This document shows, in pieces, positions 1 through 9,694 of a stretch of DNA of 64,000 nucleotides. Numbering within the stretch: position 1 is the first letter of the stretch; every line of letters starts with the position of its first letter. The stretch is taken from the IMG/VR virus record IMGVR_UViG_3300032038_000021, positions 1-64,000 of that record. The stretch is one strand, 5' to 3'. Made by a program: the position numbers and the translations under genes. The notes under the pieces are model-generated. The model was not told where the DNA came from. It did not search any database and saw only the letters and a program-made list of their open reading frames with translations. The DNA is from a virus (Duplodnaviria > Caudoviricetes).

Positions 1-396
1 CAGATTTAAATTTTTTACATCTTGACCGTTGTCATAGGCCTCTACTGGATATAAAATTTTTGACCGGAATCCTTCTGTAAATTCAAATGGAAGGAAATCT
101 GCTGCCATTAAATAATCAAATAAATATCCGCAAGCAGAGCGTCTAATTCCATTCTGGTATTCGGTTATATCCTGGTGGTGATCTAACCACACCTGATTGT
201 CTGAGATTTCACGTTTTCCACCGACATCAAGGATATAGTCTGCAGTTTTGAAATCCTTAGGGTTTCTACTCCTTACAACAGTTACGTTCTCTTTTCCGTA
301 ATATAAACGTAGGAGAGATATACAAATAACATCATCTGCATGAAACACACTATTGTGAACAACAGCAATTACATTCTTTTTATTGATTGTATTCAT
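1..396 (-). CDS. MYG1 (UPF0160) family nuclease/hydrolase, 3' part outside window
   Basis: Manual translation from ATG 396: ...VHNSVFHADD...LDVGG...LDHHQ...SACG, the MYG1 motifs; RBS AAGGGGG upstream; not in ORF track. Confidence 0.8.
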   Translation of the reverse strand, partial: MNTINKKNVIAVVHNSVFHADDVICISLLRLYYGKENVTVVRSRNPKDFKTADYILDVGGKREISDNQVWLDHHQDITEYQNGIRRSACGYLFDYLMAADFLPFEFTEGFRSKILYPVEAYDNGQDVKNLNL

Positions 397-519
397 TTTT
401 ATCCCCCTTAGATTAATCATTAATTGTTTGTTTCGTCTATATAATAATATTAAAAAATATAATCTTACAATCATATCAACTAACACTATGATACAAGTTG
501 ATAGGAGGATAAAAGTATT

Positions 520-846
520 ATGACTTATCGTCAAGTTATAGATTTAGAGGAGGAATTAGATAAAATAATAAAAATAATATATAAAGAATTAAATAAAAAT
601 GTAAAAGAAATTTATATAGTAAATTCAATAGTACCCTCTTTTAGTGATCCTATAATAAAAGAATATAATAATATAACTTTCTATTTTGTCCAATTTCTCC
701 CTTCTCAATACAGTTATAGAAGTATAGATAATGAAACCGATGGAAAAATTACTAGAAATATAAAACTACAAATATCGGATTCTAATTATAGATATAACTT
801 CACTTACGATTCCACCCAGAAATTCTATTATAAAATAAAAAAATAA
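520..846 (+). CDS. hypothetical protein
   Basis: ORF with AGGAGG RBS, AACA-N6-TA motif at 482 and hairpin after. Confidence 0.6.
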   Translation: MTYRQVIDLEEELDKIIKIIYKELNKNVKEIYIVNSIVPSFSDPIIKEYNNITFYFVQFLPSQYSYRSIDNETDGKITRNIKLQISDSNYRYNFTYDSTQKFYYKIKK

Positions 847-896
847 ATATTTCCCCGGTGGTTATTATACCACCGGGATTATTATTTTTAATACTT

Positions 897-1307
897 TTAA
901 GGTATATCTACATAAGGAATCACACTATCTTTATTGGGAATATCAATTCTTTTTATATCAAATCTACCACGTCTTTTTACTGTTTTAAAGCCTCCTAAAA
1001 AAGCTACTTTATGAACAGTTCCTATCTCTATACCATCGTTAATTTTGCTAATACCTTCTACAAAATTAGCACCTTTAAACAACTCACAAACTTCAAATCC
1101 TACTATCTGTCCAATATTTTCATTATATAAGAATCTGGTAGTAATTCCTATATAATTAGGTTCGTTCTTATGCATATAATCAAACAGATAATGAATCTCA
1201 GAATCACAAATATATTCTTTTCTTCTAGCTTTCTTATAATTATCTGCAGTATATTCAGCAAACTTTTTTCCTAATACTGTAAGAGCGTGCAAATCTTCTT
1301 TATTCAT
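897..1307 (-). CDS. hypothetical protein
   Basis: Overlaps stop of upstream gene; last in operon. Confidence 0.7.
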   Translation of the reverse strand: MNKEDLHALTVLGKKFAEYTADNYKKARRKEYICDSEIHYLFDYMHKNEPNYIGITTRFLYNENIGQIVGFEVCELFKGANFVEGISKINDGIEIGTVHKVAFLGGFKTVKRRGRFDIKRIDIPNKDSVIPYVDIP

Positions 1308-1987
1308 TTTTTATCCTTCTTTTTATATTTCTTTCTCATTTCTCTCAATACACTTTCATCGTGAAGCATATATTTTACCTTAGATATAACGTATTTAAAT
1401 ATCTCTTTTCCTTTTATTTTATCGTCTGGAGTTTTAGAATTATTCCAATCGACATCTCTTTTAGTAGATCTATAAACAGATTTAATTCCGGAAGTTCCTT
1501 TAATAATCAATGCAGAATTCTCAAACACTTCTATCGGTAATCTCTTCTCGTCTAAAGCCATAAATATAGATATTCCTTCTACAATACATCTAGCATTCTT
1601 AGAAAGTATATATTTAATAAAACTAGTACAAGCTTCTACTAGATCGAAATCTACATTATTAGGTTCTGTTCTAGTATTATTTCCATTTTCGTCTACTTCT
1701 GGTTCTATACGATATTTCTTACCAGGACCCATAAACCAATCGTAAAATTCTTGACCATATTCCTTAAGATTTTCGTCAGAAAATATATAATTATTTCCTA
1801 TATCGTCCAACTCGTAACAAGTAACTCCTAACTCTTTTTCGTATTTATGAGCTTCTGTAGATTTACCCGAACCAGAATGACCAGTAATGAAAAGAGTTTT
1901 TACTTTTCCTTGTTCGAATTCTTCTACTTGATATTTGATATCTTTACTATCAAATATATAACCTTCATTTATCACTCCATAAAACAT
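1304..1987 (-). CDS. P-loop kinase-like protein with MFYGVIxE leader
   Basis: Walker A LFITGHSGSGKST; Walker B-like CIVEG. Confidence 0.7.
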   Translation of the reverse strand: MFYGVINEGYIFDSKDIKYQVEEFEQGKVKTLFITGHSGSGKSTEAHKYEKELGVTCYELDDIGNNYIFSDENLKEYGQEFYDWFMGPGKKYRIEPEVDENGNNTRTEPNNVDFDLVEACTSFIKYILSKNARCIVEGISIFMALDEKRLPIEVFENSALIIKGTSGIKSVYRSTKRDVDWNNSKTPDDKIKGKEIFKYVISKVKYMLHDESVLREMRKKYKKKDKK

Positions 1988-1996
1988 GATATACTC

Positions 1997-2608
1997 CTAT
2001 TTGGTTAATTTTTTAAGTGTCTTTTTATTTTGCATTATATCCATATTCTTTGGATATAATAATGGGTCTATTATTCTACTAAAGAAGTTAGCTCCAAATC
2101 TCATTTTATCTTGTTTGAAATCATCTATAATCTTATTCCAATATGATTCAGGAACAAACTTTATATAGTTTTTCATTATATTAAATTCTACAATTTCTAC
2201 TCCTGTTGGTTTTACTGGAAAATCTATCGTATATTCCGGGAAATATCTTGATTGACCTCCAGTTACATATTTACCATCTATATTCAGATAATATACATAG
2301 CTGTTATTATGTTTGAGAATATCTATAGCTTCGTTCATATACTTATCGACAATAATAAATTTCATATCATTATCAATAAGAATATTTATATTTTCAGAAT
2401 TTTCATTTACTACTTCAGCAGTAGCAAATGCGATAGCATAATCCTTTACTAGAAACCAATAAGAACTCATTCTATTATTCTCATAACGTTTTCCCGTATT
2501 ATAAGAATTAGCCAACATAATATCTATATTAGGATTAGAACTACCGTGATATAACGTATATTCCTTTCCAGAACTTAAGCTTCTTTCTTGTATCACTCCA
2601 TAGAACAT
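1997..2608 (-). CDS. putative ADP-ribosyltransferase-fold protein with MFYGVIxE leader
   Basis: TLYHGS motif and later FPEY glutamate; fold call tentative. Confidence 0.45.
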   Translation of the reverse strand: MFYGVIQERSLSSGKEYTLYHGSSNPNIDIMLANSYNTGKRYENNRMSSYWFLVKDYAIAFATAEVVNENSENINILIDNDMKFIIVDKYMNEAIDILKHNNSYVYYLNIDGKYVTGGQSRYFPEYTIDFPVKPTGVEIVEFNIMKNYIKFVPESYWNKIIDDFKQDKMRFGANFFSRIIDPLLYPKNMDIMQNKKTLKKLTK

Positions 2609-2613
2609 TTTAT

Positions 2614-3534
2614 TTATCCTCTATAATACATATAATATACTGCAGATTCTTTATTAGATTTTGGAGATTTCTTAAATCCAAAATCTTCATATATCTTTAT
2701 AGCAACTTTATTCTCTTTATTTACCGTTAAAGCAGTTGCTCCTAAAGTATCAACAGCATATTTTAGTATTTGTTTGCTTAATCCATAACCTTGATAATCT
2801 GCTACTATTTCCAATGCAGCAATCCATATTTGTTTATCACCACGATCTTCAGGATCTACTGCTAATACTGCAACTATATTATCTTTATCTTTCCACACAC
2901 AAACAGTATCTTTATAGTCTATATGCTTAAACATAGGATATTGTTTCTTGTTATTATTGATAAAGTCTTTATTAGCTTTAATCATAGTAAAACTACCAAG
3001 ATTCTTTTTACCTTTAGCTTTATAATCTTTATCTATATTGGATTTAAGAGAAGATTCAGATAAAGATTTTAATTCAGCTATTCCTTCAGGGAATTTCAAA
3101 TACATTTGATAATATTTTACTTTACCATTTTTCTTTTCAGTATCAGATCCTACTTTAAATCCATATTTCTTATACATATTAAAAGCTACTTTATTAGAAG
3201 CTTCTACTATAATAAAATCACCTTTCATAGATTTTACAGCATAATCTAATATCTGAGTTCCTAATCCTTTACGTCTATATTTCTTATTTACTTCAAGATT
3301 ATTTATACAACGTCTTTCACCATAATCTGGATTCTTGGGATCATAATATACATCTACAAATCCTACTAATTTACCTTCTTCATATTCCCAACCTACAGAT
3401 TTATGTTTACTATCATTAGGTTGAATTCCTTTAATATTATATTTATCTATATAAGCTTTAGTAAGATTTACTAATTTAAAATCTGATAGTTGTAATCTAT
3501 CCGAAGTAGCTTCATAAATTATACCATAAAACAT
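2614..3534 (-). CDS. tandem double-GNAT acetyltransferase with MFYGIIxE leader
   Basis: Two acetyl-CoA motifs (YRRKGLG, YQGYGLS), each followed by N.VA...Y...GF. Confidence 0.85.
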   Translation of the reverse strand: MFYGIIYEATSDRLQLSDFKLVNLTKAYIDKYNIKGIQPNDSKHKSVGWEYEEGKLVGFVDVYYDPKNPDYGERRCINNLEVNKKYRRKGLGTQILDYAVKSMKGDFIIVEASNKVAFNMYKKYGFKVGSDTEKKNGKVKYYQMYLKFPEGIAELKSLSESSLKSNIDKDYKAKGKKNLGSFTMIKANKDFINNNKKQYPMFKHIDYKDTVCVWKDKDNIVAVLAVDPEDRGDKQIWIAALEIVADYQGYGLSKQILKYAVDTLGATALTVNKENKVAIKIYEDFGFKKSPKSNKESAVYYMYYRG

Positions 3535-3655
3535 TATTTAATATACCTCCTATATAGTTATAGTATATTATTATAATAAAGTGAAGATATAAGAAATATT
3601 CACATTGCAATAAATGACATCTGTAGAGTCTCATATTATGGAGGTTGATATAAAT

Positions 3656-4477
3656 ATGGTTGATTTTAAAGAAAAATATGGAAATAATTATGTAGGAATT
3701 TATGCTAGTCCTTACGATGAAAGGGATTATAAATTAAATAAATTGATTCCTAAGGGAGCTATAGATATTCCTAGAGAATATTCTTCAGAATTACCGCCGT
3801 TTATATACGATCAGGGAACTTCTAGTGAATGTGCTGCGTGTAGTTATTCTACTATAAGATATATGCAGGAATCTGATACAGAATCTGGCGGTAGTGGAAT
3901 TAAAGAGAGATTTTCTCCCAGTTTTACTTATAGTAATAGATTAGAAGGAGAAGATTTCGAAGGAATGTATCTGAGATCTGTATGTAAGAAGGGTAAAGAA
4001 GGTAGTATTCCTTGGAGTGTATTTCCCGGATTTTATACATATGCTCAATGTAAAATGAAGTTTTTATTAAATAAATCTAAATGGTTAGAAATGGCAAAAC
4101 CATTTAGAATTACTTCATATTATCAATGCACTTCTAGAGAGCAGATACAACAAGCTATAATAGAATGTAAAGCTGTATTAGCAGGTATAAATGTATTACC
4201 TTGTATATATGAAGTAAAAGAAGATGGTATCGTTCATTATGATAAGAATAAAGATCTTACTTCTTATGGTGGTCATGCTGTTACGGTAATAGGTTGGAGG
4301 TTCGATGATAATAATAACCTCTGGTATAAAGTAATTAATAGTTGGGGAACTATATATGGTGATAATGGAATTATGTGGATTCCTGAAAAATATCCTTGGT
4401 TAGAACAACCTTGGGCTATTGTAGATTATGTGATTGAAACTAAGTGGGAAGATTATAAGAATAAATATAATCTATAA
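3656..4477 (+). CDS. papain-like (C1A) cysteine peptidase
   Basis: DQG..SECAA catalytic Cys, GGHAV His, NSWG Asn; start moved to ATG 3656 after GGAGG. Confidence 0.85.
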   Translation: MVDFKEKYGNNYVGIYASPYDERDYKLNKLIPKGAIDIPREYSSELPPFIYDQGTSSECAACSYSTIRYMQESDTESGGSGIKERFSPSFTYSNRLEGEDFEGMYLRSVCKKGKEGSIPWSVFPGFYTYAQCKMKFLLNKSKWLEMAKPFRITSYYQCTSREQIQQAIIECKAVLAGINVLPCIYEVKEDGIVHYDKNKDLTSYGGHAVTVIGWRFDDNNNLWYKVINSWGTIYGDNGIMWIPEKYPWLEQPWAIVDYVIETKWEDYKNKYNL

Positions 4478-4548
4478 TATATTATTCGGATTGCAGTTAC
4501 TATAAATACAGTTATTATAATTAATATATTATATAGGGGGTATGTATT

Positions 4549-4695
4549 ATGCTAACGATATTTGCACAATGGGCTTTTCAGTTTATACTAATGATTATTT
4601 TTATTTCTGTATCTATAGTAGCTCTAACTGTATTAATAATATATTTAATATTAAAAATTTATGATTATATTCATAGAGAGGAGATTATTTTATGA
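4549..4695 (+). CDS. small membrane protein (48 aa)
   Basis: Manual translation MLTIFAQWAFQFILMIIF...; AGGGGG RBS; ATATATTATA motif at 4524. Confidence 0.55.
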   Translation: MLTIFAQWAFQFILMIIFISVSIVALTVLIIYLILKIYDYIHREEIIL

Positions 4696-4934
4696 TACTA
4701 GGGTTAATATTAACCGTCTTAGTAGGAGCTTTAGCAGGATGGTTGGCAGGAATTATAATGAAGACATCTAAAAGAAATTTCTTTGCCAATATGGTATTAG
4801 GACTATTTGGAGGATTAGCTGGATCTGTTATATTAGGAATATTTGGAGTTAATACTTCTAGTTATATAATAGGATTAATATCAAGTGTTTTAGGAGCTTG
4901 TCTATTAATTTGGATATTTAGATGTATGAAATGA
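4692..4934 (+). CDS. GlsB/YeaQ/YmgE (transglycosylase-associated) membrane protein
   Basis: VGALAGWLAG...NMVLGLFG...SVLGACLL pattern. Confidence 0.85.
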   Translation: MILGLILTVLVGALAGWLAGIIMKTSKRNFFANMVLGLFGGLAGSVILGIFGVNTSSYIIGLISSVLGACLLIWIFRCMK

Positions 4935-4939
4935 ATAAA

Positions 4940-4963
4940 CCCAGTAGGAGAAATCCTACTGGG
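4940..4963. terminator. GTAGG/CCTAC-type bidirectional hairpin (representative of >20)
   Basis: CCCAGTAGG-loop-CCTACTGGG also near 6043, 8091, 36122, 46241, 54660; variants near 21960, 25994, 31012, 35371, 40110, 40730, 44592, 48047, 49861, 59653, 61023. Confidence 0.8.
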
Positions 4964-4971
4964 ATATTATT

Positions 4972-5313
4972 TTAAATAGTATAATTAAATCCATTAATAA
5001 TATAATATTCACCAGCACTTATAGTTACACTTGGCGTTGCATCAACAATACATGATTTTGTACCTTCTTGTAATCTATGGCAAAATTGTTTATTTCCATT
5101 ATTTTTTATTACTGAAAAATATGTAGAAGTAGCAAATGGATTTGGTATATTGAAATCTAATAATTTTAAATTAACTGCTATATTATTTGCCTGTATTTCT
5201 ACATATCCAGAGAAAAATATTAATTTATTAATACCATATACATATATTACAAAAGTTTTTAATGCTGCAGTATTAACTACGAAGTCATAGGTTACTATAC
5301 TATTATCATCATC
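4972..5313 (-). other. silent tail-fibre-tip cassette c1 (DDDNSIV...)
   Basis: 114-codon open frame starting at TGATGAT core, no RBS/ATG; beta-rich. Confidence 0.75.
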
Positions 5314-5641
5314 AATCGCCTATTGGCTCATAACTATATAATCTATATTTACCCCATTGAGGTACAGATATAGTAACATAATTCGTTGTTTTATTTACAG
5401 TAATAGATAAAGTAGAAATATTACCGTCTAATATCAAACTACCATTTGCTGATTTATCCCCACCTGTAATATAGAACAGTCCAATACCAGCTATACTATT
5501 AAAATTACCAAATAAATAAAATGCTTGTTTAAATATCATAGGTGGTTTAAATGTTATAGATGTTGAACCATTGTTGGTATCGAACGCTTTACAATAAAGT
5601 GTAACTCCATTTATTCTATTGGATATCTCTTGAGCTTCATC
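5312..5641 (-). other. silent cassette c2 (DEAQEIS...)
   Basis: 110-codon frame from TGATGAA core; its stop is the TGA of the c1 core. Confidence 0.75.
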
Positions 5642-5644
5642 AGG

Positions 5645-6072
5645 TCTGTTTTTACCAAATATTCTACATATATTATAAAAAAGAAATCTGGATGATATAA
5701 GAGTATCATAGAAGATAATCCAGATTTCTTTATAAGATATCAGAGCATTATATTACGATAATACTCTAATGTCTTTATGATCAAGGTTGTCAGGTTTAAC
5801 GGGGAAATAATCGTTTAAGAACCTGACAACTTCTGTCGAAAACATATTGTTAGGATTCTGTGATATAGAATCTTTAGTAATGTTTCTGGAGACAATATTA
5901 TGCAGCAATGCTAATATTGTCTCTTTTGACAGATTGTAAGTGCCAAGATTCATATATTATACCTCCTTTCTGAGTATTTCTTCTATACTCTTATATCAGA
6001 GGTATAATATATGAATCAAAATAGTAACTTTTACAAATATAATCCCAGTAGGATTATTTCCTACTGGGATTA
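5645..6072 (-). repeat. ~420-bp small-gene module, copy 1
   Basis: Flanks similar to 7690-8117 and 54260-54688. Confidence 0.85.
5753..5953 (-). CDS. 66-aa MNLG-family small protein, copy 1
   Basis: AAGGAGG RBS; paralogs at 7798 and 54367. Confidence 0.8.
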   Translation of the reverse strand: MNLGTYNLSKETILALLHNIVSRNITKDSISQNPNNMFSTEVVRFLNDYFPVKPDNLDHKDIRVLS

Positions 6073-6130
6073 TATTTTTTATTTGAAATTTTTAACTCCA
6101 CGTTAATACTGTCCAATCGTGCAATCTATC

Positions 6131-6307
6131 TCATATATTGATTATATTTCTGGATATTAATACGATAAGAATTATTAATAGTAAATATGCTATAATAACA
6201 CTCTCTATATATTTAGATCTTTTATGATGTATAGATTTATAAATAAATGATGCTATAAATAATAAAATTACTAGTATCACTAATACCACCAATAATACAT
6301 TAAGCAT
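6131..6307 (-). CDS. small two-TM membrane protein (58 aa)
   Basis: Manual translation MLNVLLVVLVIL...; GGAGG RBS. Confidence 0.55.
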   Translation of the reverse strand: MLNVLLVVLVILVILLFIASFIYKSIHHKRSKYIESVIIAYLLLIILIVLISRNIINI

Positions 6308-6412
6308 ATATTAGTCCTCCTTTAATAATTAGTAATAGTAGTAGTAATATATTATATTTATAACTTTAAAATAATCTGTAAATATAGTTTTACCCTAAAG
6401 GAGGTACTAATC

Positions 6413-6988
6413 ATGGTTGGTCGTTGGAATGTAGATGTAAAGATGGGGATATATCCGCAGAAGGTTGCTACTGCTCTTGCTGGTCTTGGTGAAAAGCTTA
6501 CCGGAGCAGAATATACTCCGATTGCTTATATCGGTACTCAGGAAGTTAATGGTATTAACCACGCTATTTTAGCAGAGCAGCTTCTTACTACTGGTAAGGA
6601 TACTAAGAATATCGTTCTTCTTATCTTTAACGAAAAGGGAATGAATTGTGATTTGATTGCTATCGAAAGAGTAGTATCTGGTGGTGGAGCTCTTGGTGGA
6701 GTCAATATTGAAGTCCGTACTCAGATCCCGGAAGAAGCTCAGAAGGCTTATGATGCTTCCTTTGAAGGATATGTTGGTGGAGATTTCAAGCCGGTAATTT
6801 ATCTTGGTACTCAGATTACTAAGGGTGTAAATTATCTGTTTGGCGTAGAGTGTGATCCTGTTGTAAAGGATCCTCATAAGGAATTCTATATTATTTCTGT
6901 AAATAAGCTTACTGGTAAGGTTGCTTTTAAGCAGATTCTTTCGGATGATTTTGATACACATCCTTTTGGGTATGCATTTACTTGGTAA
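6413..6988 (+). CDS. uncharacterised two-repeat protein, paralog of 53132-53722
   Basis: Internal repeat P(I/V)xY(I/L)GTQxxxG(I/V)N; strong RBS. Confidence 0.8.
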   Translation: MVGRWNVDVKMGIYPQKVATALAGLGEKLTGAEYTPIAYIGTQEVNGINHAILAEQLLTTGKDTKNIVLLIFNEKGMNCDLIAIERVVSGGGALGGVNIEVRTQIPEEAQKAYDASFEGYVGGDFKPVIYLGTQITKGVNYLFGVECDPVVKDPHKEFYIISVNKLTGKVAFKQILSDDFDTHPFGYAFTW

Positions 6989-7083
6989 TATAAAACAATT
7001 ATAATTTACCCATAGGGATAAAACCCTATGGGTATTTTTATTGAATAACTATATTAGTAGAAAATCGACTAAAATTGGAGATT

Positions 7084-7383
7084 TTACACCAATTCAATAT
7101 CACTTGGATACAAACTAAGAAAAGAAAATGACCAATAGGGTAAATTTACTGTATATACAAATTTATTAACTTCTGATAAATTAAACGATCCAGTTGTCCC
7201 TGATTTCGTTATCTCGCGAATATTTTCTCTACAATAAAAACAAATATAAAAATTTGCACCTCCAGTATGTGATATTAATATTATACCTACCAAACCACTA
7301 TCATATCTACTGATTACAGTTATTTTTTTGGAATTAGCTTCATAAATAGAATAAAATCTTTTACCTATATTATTCAGATCATC
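7084..7383 (-). other. silent cassette c3 (DDLNNIGK...)
   Basis: 100-codon frame from TGATGAT core. Confidence 0.75.
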
Positions 7384-7403
7384 AAAAGGTTTTAAATTAT
7401 ACA

Positions 7404-7670
7404 TTAATTACTATCAGATGATTTCTTCCATGATTTATCTAATCTTCTAGCCCAAATATCTCCATATTGACCTATTAATAATTGCATTAGATACATTGGC
7501 TCAATACTTCTCCCTAAAACGAATAAAACTCCCCAAGGTGAAGTATTTGGAGAATTTGTTAAACCGGTAGTTGCATAATAAATACCGATTGCTGTTATAG
7601 TATTTAGATCAACATCAGTCAATACATCTTTATATGTAAAATTAATAAGTTTTGAATTATTCAAATCATC
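7404..7670 (-). other. silent cassette c4, pyocin-knob-like fibre tip (DDLNNSK...)
   Basis: DLN...GIY...NSP...WGVLFV...Q...IWAR...W pattern. Confidence 0.75.
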
Positions 7671-7797
7671 AATCGTTTATATTTTTATTATATATTCTAC
7701 ATATATTATAAAAAAGAAACTTAGATAATATAAGAGTATCATAGAAGATAATCTAAGTTTCTTTATATAATGATATTAAATCATTATCATATTAGCC

Positions 7798-7998
7798 CTA
7801 TGATAATACCATAATATCATTATGTGTAATATTATCTGGTTTGTGTTTTAAATATGTTTTAGCAAACCTGATGGCTTCACGGGAGAATTCATTATTTGAA
7901 TTCTCCTGTAAGCTATCGGTGGTAATATTACCATCGACAATACCGTGCATAATTGCAAGCATTGTTTCTTTAGGTAAATAAAAGGTACCTAAATTCAT
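7798..7998 (-). CDS. 66-aa MNLG-family small protein, copy 2
   Basis: Paralog of 5753-5953 with the same flanking module. Confidence 0.8.
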   Translation of the reverse strand: MNLGTFYLPKETMLAIMHGIVDGNITTDSLQENSNNEFSREAIRFAKTYLKHKPDNITHNDIMVLS

Positions 7999-8123
7999 AT
8001 ATTATACCTCCTTTCAAAAGTATTTCTCCTATACTCTTATATCAGAGGTATAATATATGAATCAAATTAGCAACTTTTACAAATATAATTCCCAGTAGGT
8101 TTATAACCTACTGGGGTAATTAT

Positions 8124-8552
8124 TTATGAATTATTACTATTATTAACTATATCATTAGCTTTCTTCACAGCATTATCTGCTTCAGTATTAACTTTATCTA
8201 ATGCAGCATCCACAGTTTTATTGTTATTATCAATACCCTTTTTAATTTCTTCTGTTGTCTTCTCTAAACTGTCAAGTCTTTCGCCTATTTCCTCTGCTTC
8301 AGATTTAAGTTTTTTAGCACCGTTTTGATCTTTAATATCTTTAATTTCTTTATCTATAGCTTTAGCTTTCTCAAATATTTCTTTAAACTTATCGGCTGCT
8401 GCAGATTTAGCTTTCTTAGCTTTTCCCCATAATTCTTGAGCCTTTTTCATAATAGTTTCTATAAAATTTTTAAGCCATTTCTTAACAGCCTCAATACCTT
8501 CACCTAAAGATATCTCAAACATATAATCTTCATGAATAACTCCGTAAAACAT
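8124..8552 (-). CDS. coiled-coil putative internal head protein with MFYGVIxE leader
   Basis: Shared leader; end of structural cluster. Confidence 0.6.
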   Translation of the reverse strand: MFYGVIHEDYMFEISLGEGIEAVKKWLKNFIETIMKKAQELWGKAKKAKSAAADKFKEIFEKAKAIDKEIKDIKDQNGAKKLKSEAEEIGERLDSLEKTTEEIKKGIDNNNKTVDAALDKVNTEADNAVKKANDIVNNSNNS

Positions 8553-8566
8553 AAATTACCTCCATA

Positions 8567-9694
8567 TCAACCATTAGTATTAACAGTAGGCATTGAATTA
8601 TCCGCAGATTGATTCTGTTCAGTATTTTCATTATTATTCTCTGTTGGTTTAGTCGATTTAGATCTACTAGCTAAACCATAATAAGAAAATACAATTTTAA
8701 TACACCTAGAATGAATTTGATTAGCAACTTTCATTTCAGCCGATAATACATTTATATTAGCAGCAAAGAAATTCGTTATAAACTTTCTGTCAACAGAATC
8801 ATTATTCTGTTTAGCCTTTTCTCCAGTAGGATCACTCTCATCTCTGAATTTATTGTTAACATCAACCTGAGGGGGTTCTGATGCATTTTGATTAGTATTC
8901 TGTGTATTTGTACTACTTTGATCATTTTCAGCCTCAGAGAGTAATGATAGTATTGTATCTGATCCTAAATACGTCTCATTAGCAGCAGTTATAGTAGATA
9001 AATACGCATCTATATTTTTTGTAGATAAATTTATTTTATCTATCTGATCAGATATAACGTCTATTTGACTTTTAAAATTAGTAATAAAATCAGAGAATTT
9101 CTGAACGTCATCGTAAGTACATCTATTACCCTTACCTTTTTTAGTAAAGACGTTATAATATATCATTGGATAGATACCTTGTTTCCATTCCCCAGTAGAC
9201 GGATCTGCTATACGACCATCTCCATATACGTCTTTATAATTATATTCATAAAATGCTTCTTTAGTTTCTAAAGCATTATTTGATTTCCAACTATTATAAT
9301 TCTCTATTGTAAATTCTTTAAAATTGCTTGTAATACTTTTATGAACATTATCCCATTTATCAAGATCGGGAATATCAAAATCATCTGGATAAAGCATTAC
9401 AAAATCTTTATTTATATTATCATTTTTAGCTATAATATCAGTAACCTTTTTAGATGTATCATTGGTTATAATAGATTTAAATTTATTAAATGCACCACTT
9501 AAAGAATTTATTACTTTAGTAAGATACTGTTTTATAGTATCTCTAAGAGCTTCATTTAATACTATATAATCACTACTTTCAGTAACATACTTAGCTTTAT
9601 TATCTATTAAAGCTAAACTTCTTACTAAATCGTTTTCTGCTAAATATAAATTATAAATAAGAGAGTTATCAATCATATCATACATAATCACCAC
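8567..9694 (-). CDS. putative virion internal/head protein
   Basis: Structural cluster; xxE-S/A putative maturation sites (VTES, LNEA, LSEA). Confidence 0.55.
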   Translation of the reverse strand: MVIMYDMIDNSLIYNLYLAENDLVRSLALIDNKAKYVTESSDYIVLNEALRDTIKQYLTKVINSLSGAFNKFKSIITNDTSKKVTDIIAKNDNINKDFVMLYPDDFDIPDLDKWDNVHKSITSNFKEFTIENYNSWKSNNALETKEAFYEYNYKDVYGDGRIADPSTGEWKQGIYPMIYYNVFTKKGKGNRCTYDDVQKFSDFITNFKSQIDVISDQIDKINLSTKNIDAYLSTITAANETYLGSDTILSLLSEAENDQSSTNTQNTNQNASEPPQVDVNNKFRDESDPTGEKAKQNNDSVDRKFITNFFAANINVLSAEMKVANQIHSRCIKIVFSYYGLASRSKSTKPTENNNENTEQNQSADNSMPTVNTNG

